A stretch of DNA of 63,144 bases, filler included, from Octopus bimaculoides (lineage: Eukaryota): NCBI RefSeq assembly GCF_001194135.2. It is 6 parts of 6 records of this genome, joined end to end, with 100 filler letters (N's around TTAATTAATTAA, not from the genome) between each part and the next. Parts side by side here need not be neighbours in the genome. Positions count along the whole stretch, not along the records: positions 1 to 22,959 come from NC_068984.1; positions 23,060 to 33,254 come from NC_068996.1; 4 more parts are not named here. One strand, given 5' to 3'. The position numbers were made by a program, and so were the translations under genes. The notes under the pieces were generated by a model. That model ran no database searches, was not told the origin of the DNA, and saw nothing but the letters and a program-made list of their open reading frames with translations. Shown piece by piece: positions 12,921 through 24,399 of the stretch; positions within the stretch are counted from its first letter, which is position 1, and each line of letters begins with the position of its first letter.

Positions 12921-14269
12921 CACATCTGCACCTGCACCGAACATATATTTCAAAATTATTTATCACATATAATTGTACTGTAACTTCTTTAATAGCTTTT
13001 CTTTCAAACATAGTCCACAGCTCATGTTTTAATTTGTGCCAACCTCATTCTATATTTTGGGAAAAGTTTGTGTCAGTACTTCATATATTTCTTTCTAGTC
13101 TGCCGAGTTGTTTAAAAGTTCATTAATAGAACTAGCCTTAACAAACATTCCAGCAAAGGTCTTTGGTAATTTACACTGTATGAAGCCATCAATAAAGAAA
13201 TCTGTTTGGAGTGCCTGATTTCCTCATTAGTGGTTCAGAATTTTTACTGTTATAATATTTCCTCTGTCCTTATTACTATTTTTGGAGTTTTCTGTGTGAT
13301 TAGGGCAGATTTAACTTGCATTCTCCTGTAAGCTAAATCTTATCATTGAGATCTTGATGCACAAAAGAGAAAATACAGATTTAATAATGCATCTACAGGA
13401 AGGAGTTTTATTAACAAACATGGCTTTCGGTTATTTTTACATTGACTAGATTAGCATATTAGGTCCACTTAATTTAATCATCAATTTAGGGAAGGATGAG
13501 ATGTAATATCTCTTTGTCTTTCATGGGAAATAGCTGCATTGTTGAACAAACTGTTTAGTCTGTTAAAACATACTGCTTAGTCAGACAGTGACAGAGACCA
13601 TTGCTACCACCACCACAGCCACTGCCACCGTCGCAGCCACCACCACCACCACAAATAATGCTACCGACAACGACAACAACAACAATAATGATAATAGTAA
13701 TAATAATAGAAGCAGCACAATTATTTATGCTACGAGAATTAAGAGTGTTTTATTTTATGGTGGTTTTTGAAAACGAAATTTTCTTTTGTGAGACACTTTA
13801 ATCCTATAATCCTTCTTATCTATAAACCTTTTACCATTTGTATCTTATCTTGAGTAACATCAGTAAACTAATGGAGCAATAAAATATTTTTAACATAACT
13901 CAGTTCTGGAAGAGAATTACCATTGATTCAAGTTGTTATTCGTGACAATTAAGTAGCGTTTAGTTATACTGGTACTCAGAATAACTTTGTAGTTTACTGT
14001 TCAAGTTTATACAACATCAGGGCCTTTGTAACTTACAATTCAACTTTGTACAGTATCAGGGCCAAATCTGCCAAATATTTAGCTTGCAGAAGTCAACAAC
14101 AGCTCCTTCCAGCTGTGCTTAGCTGATTTAGTAATGTACTTTGTACATTAATTCTTCAAATGCTTGGAAAATATTAATATAAAAAGCATGCAAATGACAT
14201 TTTCTTACAAACTGATTTACCATGGACAAAGACTCAGAGAAAGAGAACATGTAAGAATATTTTGTATTT

Positions 14270-14915
14270 ATACTCTTTTACTCTTTTACTTGTTTCAGTC
14301 TTTTGACTGTAGCCATGCTGGAGCACCACCTTTAGTCGAGCAAATCGACCCCAGGACTTATTCTTTAGAAGCCTAGTACTTATTCTATTGGTCTCTTTTG
14401 CCGAACCGCTAAGTTACGGGGACATAAACACACCAGCATCGGTTGTCAAGCGATGTTGGGGGGACAAACACAGACACACAAACACATACATATATATATA
14501 TACAAATTAAAAGGGTAAAGGAATTATCAATTTATTAATTAATAAATCAATTAATAATTAATAATTTTTTTTTACCAAGCCCAACGGTATGAAAGCACCA
14601 TTATTGGTGGAGAACTTATTCAAAAAAAGTTCATATATTTATAAATATAATTAAGGGATCAGCAAAATATTTGCTTCACCATATACCGAAGTTCAGAAAA
14701 ATAGCAGCTAAAAAAGCTGAGAATCTCACAGATAGCATCGATGGGCTTCTTTCAGTTTCTGTTTACCAAATCCACTCATGAGGCTTTGGTCGGTCTGAGG
14801 CTATAGTAGAAGACACTTGCCCAAGATGCCATGCAGTGGGACTGAACCAGGGACTGAACCAGGGACCATGTGGTTGGTAAGCAAGCTACTTACCACACAG
14901 CCACTCCTATGCCTA
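14270..14915 (-). mobile_element. SINE family A, halves separated by about 230 bp of unrelated sequence (about 14510-14740)
   Basis: 3' half at 14270-14510 (young, CpGs intact); 5' half at 14740-14915 with an internal gggactgaacca duplication. Confidence 0.85.
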
Positions 14916-15255
14916 CATTTTTTTTTGCTCATTTTTTTTTCATATTTTAGTCATATGTTATTCAAAAACATTACAATTTATTAATCATTTTATGTTATAA
15001 ACTCTGTGGTACAGAAGTATTATTTTCATATTATAAATGCAATTTTGAACTATATAACAAATTTATTAAATTTGAGTCTTGTACTACCTCAAGGTAGTTT
15101 ATAAAATGGAAGTGTTTGAGATGACTAAAAATAAGGTTGCTGAAGAAATGTGTGGCAAAGCAAAGTGAGAGGAAGAAAAAGAGAATTTACTATATATGTC
15201 AAAGAATTAAAAAGAAGATACAATGCAGAATTATTTAACAATATATGCATCTCTT

Positions 15256-15490
15256 GGAGTGGCAAGCTGCCAGAATTGTTAGCACACCAGGTGAAATGCT
15301 TAGCGGTATTTTGTCTGCCGTTATGTTCTGTGTTCAACTTCCGCTGAGGTTGACTTTGCCTTTCATCCTTTCGGGGTCGATTAAATAAGGACCAGTTATG
15401 CACTGGAGGTCGATATAATCAACTTAATCACATTGTCTGTCCTTGTTTGTCCCCTCTATGTTTAGTTCCCTGTGGGCAATAAAGAAATAG
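15256..15490 (+). mobile_element. SINE family B
   Basis: gctgccagaattgttagcacaccaggtgaaatgcttagcggtatt...gttcaacttccgctgaggttgactttgcctttcatcctttcggggtcgat, matching 21047-21224. Confidence 0.88.
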
Positions 15491-15529
15491 ATATATGCAT
15501 CTATATATATTCATGCCTGCACATGACAC

Positions 15530-16376
15530 CAGTTATATTTCCCTCTCCTTAGGACCATTTACTTTTGACACCCAACCTTCATTCTTAACATCATCTCTTC
15601 TCTTTCTTATTTTCCATTAATCATCCTTTCTGTGTTACAAGTTATCCCTCCATCTTCCTTGAACTACATTCTGTTGACATTCAGCCTCATTCTTAACAGC
15701 ATTTCATAACTGTCATTGAACTAGCCAGCCTTTACCACTCACTATATTTACTCCTATGTACTTGTGACCTCCGACATCACTCTCACTATTTGTCTCTCTT
15801 TCTCTCTCTTCCCCCTCAACCTTGTTCACCATTCACTACATTCACCCCAACCCCATCTCTGACCATCTCTCATCTGACTTCCTGCCACCCTTCTTGCAAC
15901 ATTTGCTTACCCATTCTTCATAATCTTCAGTGCTCAGGCCCTTTTCTATTCACCTTTTTATACTTTGTGGGTACACTCTCATACCTTGTCACCACCATTT
16001 TGATTTCTCTTTCCAGCTACTCATAGTCACCCTTATATAATGCAGAATAGTCATGTATCGCTTCTATAGCAACAAACCTATCACTGTCCCTTTCTCATAC
16101 ATTAACCTCTCAAAAACCTAGCATAAAGTCATTTCCATCACTACTATGCTGCCTCTCAGTGAAAGGGCTCCTTTGTCTTGTGAACTCTCTAGTGCTGGTG
16201 CCATAAGAAAAAGCACCCTGTACACTCTGTAAAGTGGTTGACATTAGGAAGAGTATCAAGCCATAGAAACCACAATGAAGCAAATACTGGAGAACAATGC
16301 AATCCTCAGATTCATCAGTTCTTGTTGAACAGTCCAACCTATGCCACAATGGAAAATGGACATTAAATGATGATGC

Positions 16377-16410
<34 letters not shown>
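15530..16410 (+). repeat. Old composite repeat: pyrimidine-rich body plus RTE-type tail ending in (GAT)n (copy 2)
   Basis: Homologous to 1640-2310; tail ctctgtaaagtggttgacattaggaag...ccatgccacaatggaaaatggacattaaatgatgatg. Confidence 0.6.
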
Positions 16411-18424
16411 ACATATAGTGAAGAAGTGTCATAAGGAAAGAAAATGATGCCATGAGTGAAGTGGGAAGAGAAAGGTTGTAGAAACTAACTAGCAGGAAAA
16501 AATACATATATTCATAGAAGAAGTGAAGGAGATATGCCTGTGTTAATAAACTTGGAATTATATAGACCATATATACATTTGCAAGCACATGGGTGCAAAA
16601 CTATTAATATTCTATATTAAAAAAGGGGATTGGTGATAATGCAGAAGGAAAAGATAGGGAAAAGGAGTTCATGACCAGACCTCTGTAGTGTATTTGCTAA
16701 TGAGATTGGTTGATAAGCAATTGATTCACAGCTCAACCTGCCTCATTTTCTTTACCGCCTTGAGAAGAGCTTGCAATGTATATTATCAGTCTAATGGATT
16801 GTTTTGGCTAGAATCTCAATCTCTTCATTCTTTAGAATATTTCCAAGTAAATGGTTAGCTTGTTTCAAAACAGTGCAGTATGAAATACTTTTGTTTTTAC
16901 TTTCTATAATATAATATAAAAATATTGAGAACATTTTAAAATGATTTTTATCTATTCATTATTTAAATGTACATTTTGACAGCTACCTCCTCTCTTTTAT
17001 ATTTTTGTTTATAGATAAATGTCATTTTAGTCATGGATGTTTGTAGTCTAATGGATAAAGACATAGTCTTGTTAGCATGATGAATTAGTTATAGGAGAAG
17101 CAAAGATGACATATATATATATGAAGAATAGAGGCAAGCCTTCAGTCAAAATATTGTACAATAAAAATGAATGCAGATGTAATTAGTCTAATATTTTCTT
17201 TCAAAAATATTAAAAAAATACACATTGGAATTTTTTTCATAAATGTAATACTCTGATGCTTATCAACTGTTTACCAATGGCATAAACATTATTGAATACA
17301 AACATTTGACAATTTAAACACGTATATTCACACGTTGTTTCCCCAAATGAATGCTTTGAAAATGCTAAATTAACAATGATTATAACTGAGAAATAAAAAA
17401 GAAAATGCCATAAAACAAATTTCACTCATAAATTGACAGGGAAAAGGAAAATAAAATTAAAAAGAAAAGAAGGAAAAACAACTATTCAGTCCAATGCCTT
17501 TAGGGAAAATATCTTAAATGCTATTTCAAAGATTTTGTAAGCTTTTTATATATTTCTCAAATAATTTCTATTGGAAGGTAATTTCTTTAAAATATCAAGC
17601 AAAGTCAATATGATAAAAAAAGAAAAATTCTTTTGAGATAATTTCTATCATAATAATATTGCAATATTATAGTTAAATATTGGTTTAGGAATCTAAAATA
17701 GAAACCTTATAAAATCATCAAATGAAAAAGATCATATAAAATAGAATAAAATAGTTTTGAATTTAGTTGTATCTTTTGCAGCAATTCATAGAAAAGCAAC
17801 TCATTTATTAAGTCTAAAATCTTCATTCCTGTTCTGGTTTTCAAATGTGTGAGAATAAGTATTAATAAAACAGCTAGATTTCAAATATCACATTTTCTAA
17901 ATTGAATAACATCAAGTGACTATTCATGTAAACTTTATGCCAAATGGTAGACATTTGTATCAATATTTCAGTGAAGCAAATTGATATATTACATTTTGTG
18001 CTTAAAAATGCCTAAGATGTTGCTCAGTAATAAAAAAAAACTCTCTCTTTTGACCATAGGATGCTTTCAGCAGAGTTGACACTATTGGAAGTGTTCATCT
18101 CAGACATAAAAACAAACAAAACAAAACAAAACAAATCATACTTTTAATGAATATCTTTCTGATTGTAACTTTGTTTCATTGGTAACACCATTCTAGATAT
18201 ATTAGTGATTATCCAAGGATGCAAAAGGAAAAAGACAAAGCTTTCCAGTCAAGACTTATAGTTTTATACTGGAAGTTTTTGAAATGTGAGATACAGCTGG
18301 TACTTAATTTTGTTCTTTTCTGCAACAGTTCCTAACAAGTGACTCCCAAAGGACAAGATTATTAGAAAGGTTTCTGAAGTCAGTGACTTTTTATAAAGTA
18401 CATTGTGATATGTATGTATGTAAA

Positions 18425-18733
18425 GATGCATGGCTTAAGGGTTAGGGTATTTAGGTCATGATTGTAAAGTCATGAGTTTGAAACCCAATGGTGCATTGTG
18501 TCCTTGAGCAAGATGTTTTATTCTACATTGCTCCAGTTCATTCAGCTGGCAAAAATGGGTTGTACCTGTAATTCAAAGAGCCAGCCTTGTCACATTGTGT
18601 GTCACACTGAATCTCTCGGAGAACTATATTAAGGTTATACATGTTTGTGCAGTGCTCATTGATTTTACAAGCAGGCTGCTCTATTGATTGGATCAACTGG
18701 AACCCTCATTGTCATAACTGATGGAGTGCCAGT
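18425..18733 (+). mobile_element. SINE family C (tRNA-like head)
   Basis: A-box-like tggcttaagggttagg, B-box-like gagtttgaaaccc, then ttgtgtccttgagcaagat...gctccagttcattcagctggcaaaaatg. Confidence 0.75.
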
Positions 18734-18799
18734 ATGAATGCATGTTGTTATCATCATTGTTAGTACTACTGCTGCCACTGCTGTGGACACTACTACCAT

Positions 18800-19950
18800 T
18801 TAATGTCCACTTTTTCTGCTGGCATGAGACTGATTGGTTGTTATAGCCTAAGTCAAGTCTTGTTTGAAGTTACTGCTCTCTTGGGTGGGTTGGATGTCAA
18901 TGCCTTCCTCAGACATTTCAGTTTTGGCTTGGTTTCAACAACTGAATACCCTGGCTATCACCAAACCCTTTACAGAATATACAGTATACATTTTATCATG
19001 ACACCAGCAATAGAAAGGTTGGAATCTCCTTGATAAGATTCAAGATTCTCTGGACTTTACATTATCTTTATTCATTTGCTAAGCACTTTACAGAGTGTAT
19101 AGGTGCATTTCTTCATGACACTAGCATGTAAAGTCGCAGTGTATCCTGTAGGAACAGGAAGTCTTCACTACCCTATGATATGTTTGTTCACTCAAGGTAA
19201 CATGTCTGAGCATTTGACATCAGATATTTTCATGCTTGACTATTCAACATTATTCATACCATCATTTACACGCATCCAGTGGAAGATGCTTGTTGCATTT
19301 TTTTCCAGTCTGTGTAGGCCATCTATATTCAAGGTTCATGCTGAAAAATGTGGCATTGCTGTTCATACACAAATATAATACAGTCTGCCTTCCACTCTGA
19401 AAGAGAAATCTTTTATTGCCAACAAAAGTAATGGCTCCTTGAACTTTCTCCAATCTGTTTTTACTCTGGCTTCTATATTTTCAAAACAGCCACCCCCACT
19501 GCTAAATAAGTCATCAAGGTAAAAGAAGCTATCAACTGCTTCCAAAGAACCTTTTGAGCACTTAAGAAAATCTATTTTCATTGTGCTCATAATGTCTATT
19601 ACCCCTGTGCATCTACCATGTTCAAAGTCTGCAGTTGCCTCACTAGGAAGAGTGTATTAGTTGTATTTCTTCCTGGCACATAATTAAACTGTATCTCATC
19701 TAGGCTAACTCCCTTCCTAGTCAATTGAGCTATATCTCTTTCGGTAATTTTCATGACAGATCCAGCACTTTAAGACTTCTGTAATTACTTCTCTCTAAAA
19801 CATCAACTTTGCCCTTGTAAAAGCTGGTGATGACAACGTTACTTCAATAGTTGGGTATGAGATCTTACTGTGTAACCTGATTGACAATGTTCATGCCTAG
19901 CCTCTACCCAACTTTGCTAGATACATAAAACACCTCAGGAGTAATTTTCC
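18800..19950 (-). mobile_element. Degraded RTE LINE with internal deletion, including its 3' tail
   Basis: Minus strand reads FYKGKVDVLERSNYRS...SLDEIQFNYVPGRNTTNTLFLVRQLQ, then jumps to KGSLEAVDSFFYLDDLFSSGGGCFENIEARVKTDWRKFKEPLLLLA; tail remnant at 18800-18910. Confidence 0.8.
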
Positions 19951-20289
19951 GGTGAACCAGGAATGTTCCTTATTTGTTTTATCTATCATACATTCATACT
20001 ATTGTCAACTTGAATGGCTGGTCCCTTTGTTGGGTCAATGCTTGGAAGACCCTTTTCTTCTATATTCTCAAAACTAAACAGCTTCTCATGACAACATTTT
20101 CATGCCTCTTTGTTTTCAAAGTCAGTAAGAACAAGTGTACTGAGAAAGAAGTGCATGTACACATGCACGTGCGGGCACACACACACACACTTTTTTTTTA
20201 ATATCTTCAAAAATGTCTCCATGCAAGGAATCTACCTTCCTTGCCAAATATCTCTTACTTTTGGGCATTAGCATGGAAAACTTCAAGTG

Positions 20290-20560
20290 GGTCTGGTTGA
20301 AAACCACAATATCCTAACTCCTCTGAAATCAAGGCTATTTTCCTGAATCTCCAAACTGATTCAGTTATCAGAAAGTTGTATGATAACCTCTCATTCCATG
20401 TTAAGGATATCAATTTAATTATAATTCTTTTGAAGTTCTCACTCTTGATGACTTTAATACCCACAGCTTCTTGGTTTTCTCGTTCTCTTGTAGTTCCTGC
20501 CAAAGCCGTTACTATTACCAATGACAGTTTTCAAGTTTTCAACAACTGTTTGATAGTTTT
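20290..20560 (+). mobile_element. Possible CR1-type endonuclease remnant
   Basis: gatgactttaatacccac (DDFNTH, cf. GDFNAH) within a highly degraded context. Confidence 0.35.
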
Positions 20561-21046
20561 TCCACTAAATATATTCTTGGCTAACATATTAAATACCCAA
20601 ATATTCAAAATCTTTTTCTTATCTCTAAACTCAGTTTCAAATCTTATTGTATCTTTATACAAAAGTTGGCTAAGTTCATGCTTCTTGTGTTTCTTACACT
20701 TAGTAATCTATTAACATTGCCTAGCACAGGTCATGCAAACCGAATATTTGATAAACAAACTTCTGCCAATTTCATACTGGCCTCTCAAAGCTGCCATTAG
20801 GTTTTTGACTAAAGGTAACTACCTAATGAGACAATAGACTTTCAGCGTATTAAACTACAACCAATACTCTATGGAATTCCCATATAAAAAAATTAAACCT
20901 CTGTAGTTGTGATATTGTGGAGATAAATGCAATAGTCTATACAGTTAAGTCATGTAATACAGATTTCACAAACTATTTTAATTCACTAACATAAAAGAAT
21001 GTAAGTTAAATAAAAAGAAAAAAAACAAGCAAAAGAATAACAAACA

Positions 21047-21224
21047 GGCGGTGAGCTGGCAGAATTGTTAGCACACTGGGTGAAATGCTTAGCGGTATTT
21101 CGTCTGTCATTACGTTCAGAGTTCAAATTCCACCGAGGTCGATTTTGCCTTTCATCCTTTCACAGTTGATAAATTAAGTACCAGTTGCATGCTGGGATCA
21201 ATCTAACTGACTGCCCACCCCCTC
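21047..21224 (+). mobile_element. SINE family B
   Basis: ggcggtgagctggcagaattgttagcac...gagttcaaattccaccgaggtcgattttgcctttcatcc. Confidence 0.9.
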
Positions 21225-21225
21225 A

Positions 21226-21374
21226 GGCACAGGAGTGGCTTACCGACCACATGGTTCCAGATTCAGTCCCACTGCGTGGCACCTTGGGCAAGTGTCTTCT
21301 TCTATAGTCTTGGGCCAACCAAAGCCTTGTGAGTGGATTTGGTAGATGGAAACTGAAAGAATCCCATCGTATAA

Positions 21375-21406
<32 letters not shown>

Positions 21407-21433
21407 NNNNNNNNNNAGAATCCCATCGTATAA

Positions 21434-21467
<34 letters not shown>

Positions 21468-21580
21468 TTGCATGCTTATGTTTGTCCCCTACCATCACTT
21501 GACAACCGATGCTGGTGTGTTTACATCCCTGTAACTTAGCAGTTCAGCAAAAGTGACCGATAGAATAAGTACTAGGCTAA
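21226..21580 (+). mobile_element. SINE family A abutting the family B copy
   Basis: ggcacaggagtggct...cagtcccactgcgtggcaccttgggcaagtgtcttc...tagaataagtactaggct; the internal 10-N gap is flanked by overlapping reads. Confidence 0.88.
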
Positions 21581-21844
21581 AAATAGCAGCCAAATAGGCT
21601 TAGGCCTTAAATCACACTCCACACTTAATCACAATACAGTATCTTGGTCACTACCTGGAGATTTACTACTTTTAGTATCAACTGCTATCGTAACTATTTA
21701 TATAAACTTTCACCCCGTAATGGGGACCACAATCTCAAGCCCTCAACTGTAAACATATCATATGTTTATATGCATACGAGCCACTGCAGGAATCTACCCT
21801 TCCTAATACATGAAATATGTGTGTGTCTATGTATAGGTGTGTGC

Positions 21845-21890
<46 letters not shown>

Positions 21891-22112
21891 ATATATATAT
21901 ATTTCTCCTTTCATATACCTTTTCATTTCTACAAAACTGTACTCCTCTCAAACTGTATTGCTTACTTTGATTCTCCTGTTTCTCTTCTTATACATTCTCT
22001 AATAAGAATATTGTACTACAACTACTAATAACTGATTCTGTTGTATGTGTGTATATATATATGTGTGTGTGTGTATATGAGTGTGTGTATATATATATAT
22101 ATATATTCGTTT

Positions 22113-22335
22113 CGTTTAACGTCCACTTTCCATGCTAGCATGGGTTGGACGATTTGACTGAGGACTGGTGAAACCAGATGGCTACACCAGGCTCCAATCT
22201 GATTTGGCAGAGTTTCTACAGCTGGATGCCCTTCCTAACGCCAACCACTCAGAGAGTGTAGTGGGTGCTTTTACGTGTCACCCGCACGAAGGCCAGTCAG
22301 GCGGTACTGGCAACGGCCACGCTAAAAATGGTGCA
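22113..22335 (-). mobile_element. Young RTE-type 3' tail (5'-truncated copy)
   Basis: 133/137 nt identical to 33118-33254. Confidence 0.85.
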
Positions 22336-22896
22336 TTTCATGTGCCACCCACACAAAAAAAAAAAAAAAATATATACATATATATTTATATATACATAAA
22401 TTAGCCCTCTGAACTTCTTAGACCCTCTTCTAAACTCTTTGATGAAGCCTAGAGGCACACCCAAGTACCCTAATTTTATCCACCAATCACTACAGTGCAC
22501 TGAAAAGATGGGAATAGCATGTGGGGTACTGTGACCTCTTGGCAGAAACAGCTGTAAGAAACTGCTCTTCTTTCTCTATTCTAGAAATTACTGGTACTTT
22601 ATATGTAAAATACAATCTTTACACATGTATATATATTCTCAGAATTGTTTAAAATAAATAAATAGACATAATATAATATCTAACAGTTGATGCATACTAC
22701 CTTTGGATGCCCTCCAATATATACATATAGCATTTGTATTGACATGTGATACTCTTCTTCCTATACATTCTTGCAAACCAATTCCACAACTCAACATGTG
22801 CATTGTGGTGCGATCAACTAGGCACCTCATCACTAATAACTATCTGTGACATGCATGAAACTTGAGTCGCAAGATAAAAATTATGATTCAATAATA

Positions 22897-22959
<63 letters not shown>

Positions 22960-23060
22960 NNNNNNNNNNNNNNNNNNNNNNNNNNNNNNNNNNNNNNNNN
23001 NNNTTAATTAATTAANNNNNNNNNNNNNNNNNNNNNNNNNNNNNNNNNNNNNNNNNNNNT
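22960..23060. other. Scaffolding gap with artificial ttaattaattaa spacer (also 33255-33354, 48487-48586, 52816-52915, 59014-59113)
   Basis: Identical 12-mer embedded in N runs of near-identical length at five places. Confidence 0.95.
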
Positions 23061-23444
23061 TCATATTAATTCATTTGGTACTTATTGTTGGTTGAGATAG
23101 ATACATATATCTAATTATTGTTCTACTTACGATCTGACGATTAGCTATATTTTTTAATAGAATTTATTTTCGATAATTTTAATTGATTTTAATCGATTTA
23201 AATTTCCTTTCTATTTGAAAATTAGTTATGAAACACGTGTAATCTTTTTATTATATTTATCTTATGATATTTACTTTACTTTATATTATACTCATTTATT
23301 GTGCTTTTAATTATTAATTTTTCTATATGTGATAGTGGATTTTCATCGATGAGTTCTTGAAACTTGGTTATTTTCCCTAAAACTATATATATATATTAAA
23401 AAATCGGACTCTCCTGTTGTTAGACGACGTATGAGAGTTCAACA

Positions 23445-23703
23445 ATTTCTTACCGAACAACCACACAAATAATTTGTTTATAGCAATCAAATGTTTGTGT
23501 ACACATAAGCTCGCTCCCTCTATCAAATCTACATTACCTGTACAGGTGCAACAGGTGCCACATGTCAGATGACAAAATGATTACAGAGTAACGTGAAATG
23601 AAGTGCTTTGCTCAAGAGTACAACGCAACATCTGGTCTGGGAATTGAATCCACGATCTCGCAATCATGAGTGCAACACCTTAACCACTAAGCCATGCCTT
23701 CAC
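23445..23703 (-). mobile_element. SINE family D (tRNA-like head)
   Basis: Reverse complement begins gtgaaggcatggcttagtggttaaggtgttgcactcatgattgcgagatcgtggattcaattccc (A and B boxes). Confidence 0.8.
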
Positions 23704-23973
23704 ATAATATACACGATGGGTTTCAGCACACTTTACATTCTACTACATTTCACTAACAAAGTAGAGATCACTGCAAGGCATTTGAATATGACTAAATGTG
23801 GTGAAGTGGAATCAAACTAGAAACCAGTCAGCCATGTTTGTACATATTATGCTGAAATAAATTAATCTGAGAAGAAACGAAACTGCTGTGCAACTACACA
23901 AATAGGATATGAAAGTGGAAAGTTATTCTGCCTGTCAAATTCTAAATATTTTCTCAAATAAATAATATCTTTA

Positions 23974-24072
<99 letters not shown>

Positions 24073-24399
24073 CTACAAAGACAGAAGTAATGAACATAAT
24101 TATGTGTGTGTGAGTGCATTTCAAAATTATACGAAAACCCCAAAAAACAGAGACAGATGAGGGAACAACAGACAAGGTGTATTAGTTTGATGCACAGGAA
24201 AAATGGAAGAAGTCTTTGACATTTCAAGCCTTTTCTCTTCTACATGTATATGTGTGTGTGTATATATATATAGATATATGTGTATATACACAAATATATG
24301 TATATATATATGTGTATATACATTTTGATTTTTCCTCCTCACGTCTTTATTTGCCTTTCTCTCTCTTCCCCTTTTCTCCTCGTTTTTCAATCATGCTCA

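Noticed and set aside
17270-17380. Minus-strand 111-nt open segment with AG/GT ends (IIIVNLAFSKHSFGETTCEYTCLNCQ...) as a possible SRM exon
   Set aside because: No similarity to SRM exon 4 and wrong phase (1/1; phase 0 is needed after exon 3).
17780-18420. Several plus-strand acceptor-like sites with short open frames (e.g. FLTSDSQRTRLLERFLK) as possible cyclase ectodomain exons
   Set aside because: No recognisable ANF-receptor-domain similarity; weak or absent donors.
22984-23035. Recurrent ttaattaattaa motif as a biological repeat
   Set aside because: Always embedded in N runs; artificial scaffolding spacer.
23345-23380. catcGATGAGttcttGAAAC as a third hammerhead
   Set aside because: First box is not CTGANGA and no convincing stems.
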